NCBI GenBank assembly: GCA_030059665.1 | Contig: JANVYR010000001.1 | Span: forward strand, 704,001-768,000 | Reading direction: 5' to 3' | Source: Candidatus Calditenuis fumarioli | GTDB taxonomy: Archaea; Thermoproteota; Nitrososphaeria_A; Caldarchaeales; Calditenuaceae | DNA length: 64,000 nucleotides | Part shown: positions 56,810 to 64,000 of the stretch, piece after piece | Layout: each line of letters starts with the position of its first letter | Position numbering within the stretch: the stretch's first letter is position 1 | Position numbers and translations under genes: made by a program | Notes under the pieces: model-generated | What the model was told of the DNA's origin: nothing | Seen by the model: the letters and a program-made list of their open reading frames with translations, nothing else | Database searches by the model: none

Positions 56810-58234
56810 GTGATGGCAAGGGAGTACGACTTCGTGATAATAGGTGGAGGTGCTGCTGGCTTTGCGTGCGCCGTCAAGCTCTCAGAGCTCGGCAAGGGGA
56901 GGTTGAGGGTAGCTATGGTCAACGATGGAAAACTGGGTGGAACGTGCGTTAACGTGGGATGCGTCCCATCGAAGGCCCTTATAGAGGCAGCTAAGGCGGC
57001 CTATGGGACATCGTGGTCTAAGATTCCCGGAATAAGAAAGGAGGTGGAGATCGGGTTCGGCGATGTGATGAACTGGGTCAGGCGAATTATAGCAGACCTG
57101 AGGAGGGAGAAGTACGAATCGCTCGTTGAGAGGTTGAACGGCGTTGAGCTGATCGAGGGACGGGCCTCGTTCCGAAAGGACGGGACTGTGACCGTTGAGG
57201 CGGACGATGAGGTGTTACTCGTCAAAGGACGGAAGTACTTGGTGGCCACTGGCTCAAGACCCGCCATCCCCCCGATAGAAGGTCTGAGGGAGGTGGGTTA
57301 CATGACGAGCGACGACGTGTGGGAGATGAGGGAGAAGCCTGACAGCCTGATGGTCATAGGGGCGGGTGCAGTGGGAGTTGAGATAGGTCAAGCGATGAAC
57401 CGTCTTGGCGTTCAGGTGTCAATGGTCGAGGTCCTCGACAGGGTCCTCCCCGGCATGGAGCCCGAGATCTCCCGCGTCATAACGGAAGTGCTCGGGGAAG
57501 AAGGGATCAGGGTCTTCACGAAGACGAGGGTCGTGAGGGTAACGAGAAAGGGTGAGAGGAAGGTCGTCGAGCTGGTTACCGGTGAGGGAAGGAAGGTCGA
57601 GGAGGTCGATCAGATCCTGGTCGCAACGGGAAGGCGGCCCAATACGGACGGGCTCAATCTGGAATCGCTGGGTGTACGGATCGACAGAAGAGGGTTCGTG
57701 GAGACCGATAGCACGATGCGGACTTCCAACCCTCAGATCTACGCAGCAGGAGACGTCGTCTCGAAGAGGTGGATGCTGGAGACGCTGGCTGCAAGGGAGG
57801 GTGTGGTCGCAGCCCTCAACATGTACGGTGAGAGAGCCGAGATGGACTACACCGGAGTTCCCCTCGTGGTCTTCACGGAGCCCCAAGTGGCTTCCATCGG
57901 CCTCACCGAGGAGGAAGCAGTTAAGGAGCTCGGAGGGTGCTCGTGCAGGACCCTAGATGTGAGCGAACTTCCCAAGGCCAGGATAACAGGTCAGAGAGCA
58001 GGCATCGCGAAGGTCGTAGTCGACCCATCAACCGGCAGAGTAATAGGTTATCATATAGTGTCCCCCAATGCCGCTGAGTTCGCATTGGCTGCTTCGCTGT
58101 TCGTGAGACTTGGATTCACGGTAGAGGACGTTCTATGGACACATTCCGTCTTCCCGACCTTCTCCGAATCTCTGAAGTTAGTTGCAACGAAGTTCATCAG
58201 AGCACCAGAACTAATGCCATGTTGCATGGAATGA
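56810..58234 (+). CDS. merA: Mercuric reductase (no N-terminal NmerA domain)
   Basis: GGGAAG, GGTCVNVGCVPSK, ATGS, YAAGD, A.REG, FPTFSE, C-terminal Cys pair MPCCME. Confidence 0.88.
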   Translation: MMAREYDFVIIGGGAAGFACAVKLSELGKGRLRVAMVNDGKLGGTCVNVGCVPSKALIEAAKAAYGTSWSKIPGIRKEVEIGFGDVMNWVRRIIADLRREKYESLVERLNGVELIEGRASFRKDGTVTVEADDEVLLVKGRKYLVATGSRPAIPPIEGLREVGYMTSDDVWEMREKPDSLMVIGAGAVGVEIGQAMNRLGVQVSMVEVLDRVLPGMEPEISRVITEVLGEEGIRVFTKTRVVRVTRKGERKVVELVTGEGRKVEEVDQILVATGRRPNTDGLNLESLGVRIDRRGFVETDSTMRTSNPQIYAAGDVVSKRWMLETLAAREGVVAALNMYGERAEMDYTGVPLVVFTEPQVASIGLTEEEAVKELGGCSCRTLDVSELPKARITGQRAGIAKVVVDPSTGRVIGYHIVSPNAAEFALAASLFVRLGFTVEDVLWTHSVFPTFSESLKLVATKFIRAPELMPCCME

Positions 58235-58719
58235 ATTGGAACACAATTGATAAAATTTATCTTACAAGACTATATTTATACCTCAATTCTAAGTATCCGT
58301 TCTCTTTTCTTATCGTGTGTATTTTTGTAATTTTCCCACCATTACTCGCATTATCTGCAGCAAAATTTATGCAAATAACAATGCTTGTGGTTCTATAGTC
58401 CATGTTCTATAGTGAACGCTTAACCCTTCTTAGGGTCAGTATCCGGTTAAAAGACAGATATGTAAGTTAATTGGCGCGATTCGGCAGTAGAGGTCTCATC
58501 CTAAATTATTCAGCTTCTACTCCACAGTAGACGACAATTTCGGCGAATTCATGATTACAAAGGTTTTTATGCAGCGAGTTGCCTTGCCTCTTTCAGATTC
58601 CATGAGTGAAGGATACTGAAAATCTCTAGAAAGGATGAAAATCATAATGGGTGGTAATTTATAACAAATGGATTTGGATTTTGGCGAGATAAAAAATATG
58701 ACACTAGAGGTTTGGTATC

Positions 58720-59118
58720 CTATGCCTTCCGAATATGTGGAGATGAATTGTGGTGATAACTACCGCGTGAAATCTCTTGAACATCTAATATGCGATATTC
58801 GTGAACCACTCCTGAGGTTGTAACGATCTTACTGTTGAAGATGTTTAGAGAAGTTAGGTCGTTTGGACTTACCTCGCCCTTCTTGAGTATGACTAAGAAA
58901 TGCCCTATATTCTTGTTGACCTGCGAACCTTTCACATATAATATACCTCTCATAGATTTAATACGCGATTCGATGAACTCAACACATTTGCAACATGTCA
59001 CCCCTTCTACAACTAACTTCACGTGTATAACTTCATTCCATTCTTCATCGTATAGCGGTACCGAGTTCTCAACGTCCAATCCTAGATGCTGAGGCCCGCA
59101 GCTAAAACTCTCTGCCAT
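58720..59118 (-). CDS. HMA-like heavy-metal-associated domain protein (start uncertain)
   Basis: KLVVEGVTCCKCVEFIESRIKSMRGI resembles the HMA GMTCxxC motif; lies in strongly A/T-rich DNA. Confidence 0.55.
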   Translation of the reverse strand: MAESFSCGPQHLGLDVENSVPLYDEEWNEVIHVKLVVEGVTCCKCVEFIESRIKSMRGILYVKGSQVNKNIGHFLVILKKGEVSPNDLTSLNIFNSKIVTTSGVVHEYRILDVQEISRGSYHHNSSPHIRKA

Positions 59119-59249
59119 TTCCTCGCGAAATCGCCCCTAAACTTTTATAAAAAGATTTATTATTTATACTGCATTTGGGGGCTTAATTCCCCGACCTTCG
59201 CTCATCTCGTTCTCGTCAAGGGATTTACATATTCTCCTTAGAATTTCCC

Positions 59250-59531
59250 TTGGACATATACCCAGATGCTGGCAGGTCTGTATTCCTTCCTGACAGGGAG
59301 AGGTGCCTGGCCTACCTCAGGAGGGTCAGGTTCAAGGGAAATCTCAAATGCGTCTACTGCGGTTCATCCGAGGTCAGGAAGGACGGAAGGGACAAGAACG
59401 GATACCAAGTCTATGAATGCAATTCATGCTCATTCCTCAAGTCATTCCTATCGAGGTTAAGAAGCGTAAGTAAGAGTTACCTACAGGGATACCTGTCGTT
59501 CCTAGCGCTATTAATTAACAAGGTGGTTTAG
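59250..59531 (+). mobile_element. Internally deleted IS1595-family transposase remnant
   Basis: N-terminal CL.YLR..R...LKCVYCGS...YECNSC Zn ribbon joined directly to a C-terminal SFL.R.RSVSKSYLQGYL tail; the DDE core is missing. Confidence 0.65.
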
Positions 59532-59783
59532 TATACTGCTATCCCTTACGATGCCTGGGTGAGCGCGACCTTTTCCACCTCATGAGCCCCAATTTCCGGA
59601 AATTTTTGACGGAGCCTTCGCGATTTCTCGCGACTTGCTTCTCGATGAAAATTACTACTTAAATCTTACCAGAAAGTTTATGTAAAAGTTTTTCTTCAAT
59701 CGGAGAAGCTTTCCCTAAAAATCGCTTCTGCTACGCCAGGATGGTCGTCTCCAGCATGCAAATGACCACGACCTCCACTTATA

Positions 59784-60104
59784 TTACTCTGCAAAGCTTG
59801 TACCAAAATTGAAGCCAATGCCAAGTACCCTACAAATCTCTTCGACCTCTTTCTGCAATTTCCTAACACCCTCCCTGTGCAGTCTCGACCTCTCTTCACC
59901 TGCTACATCATCTGAGATCACGTCGCTGCAGAACCGATAACAGCCTACGGACTCGTCATAATAACCGAACCATATCAGACTACCGTCTATCACCTTTTCA
60001 AATTGAAGTAGTGGCAATTGACTGCTAATGGACCAGCCACGCGCTATCAACTCCTTAAGCAGACTCGCCGCCTTCTCGCGTGGTATGTATACTGCGATCC
60101 CCAA
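59784..60104 (-). CDS. Hypothetical protein (106 aa)
   Basis: ORF begins immediately after the cobA stop and is probably co-transcribed; no motif recognised. Confidence 0.55.
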   Translation of the reverse strand: MGIAVYIPREKAASLLKELIARGWSISSQLPLLQFEKVIDGSLIWFGYYDESVGCYRFCSDVISDDVAGEERSRLHREGVRKLQKEVEEICRVLGIGFNFGTSFAE

Positions 60105-60105
60105 T

Positions 60106-60861
60106 TCACCGCACCTCTACCGCGACGGCCGATCTCGAATGTAGAGTCTTGCCCACCGTGACTACGTCGCCTATGATCAGGAGGGACGGAGAGCTCGAGT
60201 CGAGGTGGCCAGCAGCGTCGACGAGAGACCTGACATCTGTGAAGACTAGCCTTTGCCCATAGGTCGTTGCATTGGATACGATCGCTGCAGGCTTGTCTCC
60301 TAACCCTATCCCCTCCAATTGTAACTGGAGCTCGCGGGCCTTCGTCAACCACATCATGACGATCAAAGTATCCGCTGCACTGGCCAACCTACGTATATCG
60401 GTTACCCCTCCACCCATACTACTTCCCGACGTGATGCCTATCGAGGACGAGAGGCCCCTGAGCGTCAAAGGTATCAATGCGGCAGCCGGTGCGGCCGTAA
60501 CGGAAGAGACACCGGGAACGACTTCTAGGTCAATACCGCGGGAGCTGAGGTAAAGCATCTCCTCACCGGTCCTGCCGAAAATTAGAGGGTCGCCACCCTT
60601 CAACCTGACGACCTTCTTCCCCTCGAGCGCTTTCTCAGCTATGATCCTGTTGACTTCTGCTTGCCTCCAGGACTCGCCCCTCTCCTTTCCGGCGTATATC
60701 AACTCTGCGTCTCTACAAAACCTGAGGATGTTGGGATCGACTAACCTGTCGTAAATTACTACGTCGGCCTCAGACAGCAGTCTCGAGGCCTTTAGCGTGA
60801 GCAGCTCAGGGTCACCAGGTCCAGCGCCGACGATGTAGACTTTACCTGCTCCCATCCCCAA
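60106..60861 (-). CDS. cobA: Uroporphyrinogen-III C-methyltransferase (SUMT)
   Basis: VGAGPGDPELLTLKA, YDRLV, VVRLKGGDP.IFGR.GEE, VPGVSS. Confidence 0.93.
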   Translation of the reverse strand: MGMGAGKVYIVGAGPGDPELLTLKASRLLSEADVVIYDRLVDPNILRFCRDAELIYAGKERGESWRQAEVNRIIAEKALEGKKVVRLKGGDPLIFGRTGEEMLYLSSRGIDLEVVPGVSSVTAAPAAALIPLTLRGLSSSIGITSGSSMGGGVTDIRRLASAADTLIVMMWLTKARELQLQLEGIGLGDKPAAIVSNATTYGQRLVFTDVRSLVDAAGHLDSSSPSLLIIGDVVTVGKTLHSRSAVAVEVR

Positions 60862-61495
60862 ACGCCTCGATTATCCTCATTGAGATCCTCATGGCTCCCT
60901 CCAGGTCCCGTGAGTAGAGGCGCTCAACCACGCACTGGTCGTGGATTACGGCCTCAGCGACGCTAGACCTGACCGATGGCTCCCTGAACCTAGAGAGGAG
61001 AACGGGCCTGAGCGCCCCCAACAGCTCGACCTTCAGGGCGTCGAGCTCAGAGACTTGGGCCTCCAACCTTCTCCTCAAGGACGAGGCCATATACGGACTC
61101 ATGCCCCCAGTGCTGACTCCTACTTCTATAGGCCCCTTCTTGAAGCTGGCAGGAAGATAGAAGTCGCAAAGGTCTGGCATATCGGCGAAGTTCAGAAACC
61201 TGACCTTCGGGCTCAATACGCCCTTCAACTTCACCGCTAGAGACCTCTCCTTAACTGCCACCACCCCTATGTCGGCCACCGGGACCGAGGATGGGTCGAG
61301 GGATCCCAGATCCATGGCCTTGACCGAGAGCCTGTCACCATACGTCGCGAGGAGTTCGTGAAGACCCTCCTCGGCAGAGCCAGCGATGGCGATGACGCTC
61401 GCACCTCTATCCAAGAACTTCTTCACCTTGGAGACCATCTCCTCTCCCTCTCCAACTATCAGGACGGGACGACGTAGGACGACGTCTATCAGCAA
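60842..61495 (-). CDS. Precorrin-2 dehydrogenase / sirohydrochlorin ferrochelatase (SirC/Met8p-like)
   Basis: VLIVG.G, N.AD.P.LCDFY.PA, VSTGGMSP..A..LR. Confidence 0.85.
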   Translation of the reverse strand: MLIDVVLRRPVLIVGEGEEMVSKVKKFLDRGASVIAIAGSAEEGLHELLATYGDRLSVKAMDLGSLDPSSVPVADIGVVAVKERSLAVKLKGVLSPKVRFLNFADMPDLCDFYLPASFKKGPIEVGVSTGGMSPYMASSLRRRLEAQVSELDALKVELLGALRPVLLSRFREPSVRSSVAEAVIHDQCVVERLYSRDLEGAMRISMRIIEAFGDGSR

Positions 61496-61920
61496 CCCCT
61501 CTCACCCTCAAGGATTGAAGTGACGATGACCTGTAACGATCGGGGACTCGCCAACGTCGGCCCTCCGATCTCCGCTTCTTCGACAAGTACCTCCCTCTCC
61601 AGCTTGCAGGCATAACACGCGACCCTAACGATTAGGACTCCGCCTTCAAGCCTCCTCGGTCTTCCCCTGAGAAGCCAGTGGTGTTTCCCTCCGCACTTCC
61701 AGTAACCCCACGTCTCCCTCGCTATGAACCTCAAGAGGTCTTCGGAGACGTGATCGAAAACGCGGACTTCCGCTATGCCTTTGGAGGAAAGCACCTCGCT
61801 CAACGCGTTGCGGTCACACCTCCCAAAGGCCAACCGCATCACTAGGTAGTCGAGACCGATCTCACATGCCTTAAGCAGTAACTCCCTCACCGCCTCTCTC
61901 ATTGATGACGTGCCACCCAT
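61489..61920 (-). CDS. Hypothetical protein with Cys/His motifs
   Basis: Overlaps its neighbours as in an operon; WKCGGKHH and ACYACK. Confidence 0.6.
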   Translation of the reverse strand: MGGTSSMREAVRELLLKACEIGLDYLVMRLAFGRCDRNALSEVLSSKGIAEVRVFDHVSEDLLRFIARETWGYWKCGGKHHWLLRGRPRRLEGGVLIVRVACYACKLEREVLVEEAEIGGPTLASPRSLQVIVTSILEGERGC

Positions 61921-62179
61921 CGACTTCCACCCAAGCAGCTATACCCCTCAGGACGACCGTTCTTGAGCGGATGTCAATGGAGGCGTAAGGCTGGTCCGAG
62001 ACTCGAACCCTGCCGAAGGTGTGGTGCTTCAGGTACTCATAACACGCACTTATAGCAAGGGCCTCGTCGGTGTGCTGAACTCCTGTAGATACCTCGTCTA
62101 TTCTTCGGAGCAATGAGACCAACCTCTCGAGGTTGCCCTTACCTACGAACCTCCCATTAAGTAGAACATCAATCTCCAA
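61871..62179 (-). CDS. Hypothetical protein (102 aa)
   Basis: Overlaps the cysH stop and the next gene; no motif recognised. Confidence 0.6.
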   Translation of the reverse strand: MEIDVLLNGRFVGKGNLERLVSLLRRIDEVSTGVQHTDEALAISACYEYLKHHTFGRVRVSDQPYASIDIRSRTVVLRGIAAWVEVDGWHVINERGGEGVTA

Positions 62180-62993
62180 CTCGTCTCACCCCTCCCTTCA
62201 GGATAGTTGCGAGTTCCTTCTCGAAGCCGCCAGTGTATATGCTGCAGTGCATGCCGCACTCCTTAGGAGCGTCCCTCTCCCACCACCACCTGCCAGCCCT
62301 TGGATCCTCACCGGGGGAAACGGGCCTAGTGCATGGGGCGCATCCTATGCTCTTGTAACCCTTATCGTAAAGGGAAACGTAAGGAACCCTCCTCTCCCTA
62401 ACGTACTTCCACACGTCCTCGTACGTCCAATCCGCTAACGGGTTTACTTTCAAAATCCCACCGTGGTCGTGATCCACCTCCACTTTCCGGACGTTGACCC
62501 TGCTGGCCCACTGTTCCCTCCTAAGCCCTGTGATCCACGCGTCGAGGTTCGCGAGGTATCTCTGGAGTGGTCTCACCTTCCTTATATGGCAACAGAGCAA
62601 TCTAAGGTCAACGCTCTTGTAGAAGAGATTGAATCCATACCTGTAAACCATCTCAGCGACTTCCTTCTCGTCCGGGAAGATCACCTCTATTTTGATCCCA
62701 TAGTGGTCTCTAACTATGTCGACGTATTCGTAGATCTCCTGGGGCAACCTGCCCGTATCTATGATGAATGCCCTTACTTCGCTGTTGATCCTATATGCGA
62801 TATCGAGGACCACGGCGTCCTCTACCTGTCCACTGAACGCTATGGCAACTCTGGGGTGGTAGTTCTCGAGTACGAACCTGACTAGGTCCTCAGCGGGCCT
62901 CATCTCGTACTCGAGCGCTAACGCTTCGGCCTCCAGGTCATCCAAGACTGTCCTCCTCCTGGACGAAACGCCAGGTTCGGCCATCGAACTCAC
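62169..62993 (-). CDS. cysH: [4Fe-4S]-type APS reductase (CysH family)
   Basis: FSG..ED, DTGRL, LCCHIRKV.PL, WITGLRREQ, NPLADW, GY.SIGCAPCT, GRWW, KECGMH. Confidence 0.92.
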   Translation of the reverse strand: MSSMAEPGVSSRRRTVLDDLEAEALALEYEMRPAEDLVRFVLENYHPRVAIAFSGQVEDAVVLDIAYRINSEVRAFIIDTGRLPQEIYEYVDIVRDHYGIKIEVIFPDEKEVAEMVYRYGFNLFYKSVDLRLLCCHIRKVRPLQRYLANLDAWITGLRREQWASRVNVRKVEVDHDHGGILKVNPLADWTYEDVWKYVRERRVPYVSLYDKGYKSIGCAPCTRPVSPGEDPRAGRWWWERDAPKECGMHCSIYTGGFEKELATILKGGVRRVGD

Positions 62994-64000
62994 CTCTTAG
63001 TAGCCATGAACTGGAGGCCCTCCTCGCCGCCCATGAGCCTCACCAGCTCCTCTGGAGACTTCGAGCGAATGAAGTCCCTGAAGTTTGTGAATCCTGACGT
63101 CTTATAGGCCTTGAGGAGGTTGGCTATCCAGCCCGGTATTAGCTCCGCCGGGACTCTCCTAGCAGTCACGGACCCTATGCTCGCGTCGAGTCCGTAACCG
63201 CCGCCGAGGATCACGTCAAAGGCGTACTTGACTCCCGTCGGGGTCCTAATAGTCGTGCCCTGGAGACCTATGTCACCGAGCCAGTGTTGTCCGCACGCAT
63301 GTGGGCAACCGTCGAGGTTTATCTTCACATCCATATCCAAGAGACCCTCCAGCTCTAGCCTCTTCAATATCCTGATGAGCATGACCTTAGTCTCGCCGAC
63401 GGAATAATTGCAATATGGGTCGCCTGTGCAGGCAACACTGAGGGACTCGACCCTACGTGGTCTGAGCCCGAAGCCCAGCTTCGAAGCCCGCCTCAGGACC
63501 CTCTCCAACTCGCGCTCGGGAACGTTCACCGCTATGAGGTTCTGATGTTGGGTCACCCTGAGCTCTATGCCATCACCTAAGGCGTCGAGGAGCCTCAACA
63601 GCTGCCTTCCGGTGAGGAGTCCTGCAGTGACCGACAAGCCCACCGAGTAGAGGCCCTCTTGTTTCTGGGGGTTCACGCCCAGATGGTCGATAACCCCGCG
63701 CTTCTGGGGCAGTGGGAGGACAGGATGGTCTTCAAGCCTCCGTCCTAGCCTCTCCTCCACCAGAATCCTGAGCTTCTCAACTCCCAGGTCGTCAACTAAG
63801 AACTTCAACCTCGCCCTCACGAAGGAGGCCCTGTAGGAAGGCATGTCGTACCAGACATCGATTATAGCCCGCACCACTTCCAACTCCTCGCCGAGCTCCA
63901 CGAAGACCGGTAGGTGCCTCGATATCCTCGGAGACGAAGAGAGGCCTCCGCCGACTCTTATCGTGTATCCCTTCCTTCCGTCTTCCTTCTCCACGCCTAT
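62990..64000 (-). CDS. Ferredoxin-dependent sulfite/nitrite reductase (siroheme), C-terminal part; start outside window
   Basis: RARLKFL, R.T..QNL, ACTGDPYCN, I..DGCPHACGQH...DIGL.G. Confidence 0.9.
   Translation of the reverse strand: MGVEKEDGRKGYTIRVGGGLSSSPRISRHLPVFVELGEELEVVRAIIDVWYDMPSYRASFVRARLKFLVDDLGVEKLRILVEERLGRRLEDHPVLPLPQKRGVIDHLGVNPQKQEGLYSVGLSVTAGLLTGRQLLRLLDALGDGIELRVTQHQNLIAVNVPERELERVLRRASKLGFGLRPRRVESLSVACTGDPYCNYSVGETKVMLIRILKRLELEGLLDMDVKINLDGCPHACGQHWLGDIGLQGTTIRTPTGVKYAFDVILGGGYGLDASIGSVTARRVPAELIPGWIANLLKAYKTSGFTNFRDFIRSKSPEELVRLMGGEEGLQFMATKR

Noticed and set aside
1-64000. CRISPR arrays, rRNA, SRP RNA, RNase P RNA
   Set aside because: No regularly spaced repeats or signature motifs were seen by eye.

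Overview
High-GC thermophile-type archaeal chromosome segment. The TACK-type gene set (rpl14e, GINS51, Cbf5 with an mRNA intron, form I CO dehydrogenase) suggests Caldarchaeales/'Aigarchaeota'; this placement is an inference. Bases 1-41700 are mostly housekeeping genes: cbf5, rpl14e, gins51, argH, lysK, uppS, rpl18, rpl19e, nucleotide-sugar genes, rtcA, tiaS, PCNA, an isolated nuoL, sucD and phnCDE. From about 41800 the window becomes an accessory region built around tRNA-Thr. A 33-nt tRNA-Thr-like 5' half (41799-41831) and a complete intron-containing tRNA-Thr(GGT) (53916-54013) bracket a 12-kb segment. That segment carries coxMSL plus an XdhC-YHS fusion, decayed genes, a HerA/VirB4-like ATPase with two divergent membrane-anchored winged-helix proteins, and a compact IS110-like recombinase with a structured downstream RNA. 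To the right of the tRNA lie a broken integrase, a Cys-rich merA cluster, an IS1595 remnant and an assimilatory sulfate-reduction/siroheme cluster. Strongest sequence-level observations: a 20-nt bulge-helix-bulge intron splitting the catalytic Asp codon of cbf5; the half-tRNA/whole-tRNA island architecture; the TM-wHTH + ATPase module; and a ribophorin-I-like protein among the glycosylation genes. All homology calls come from motif recognition by eye; no database searches were run.
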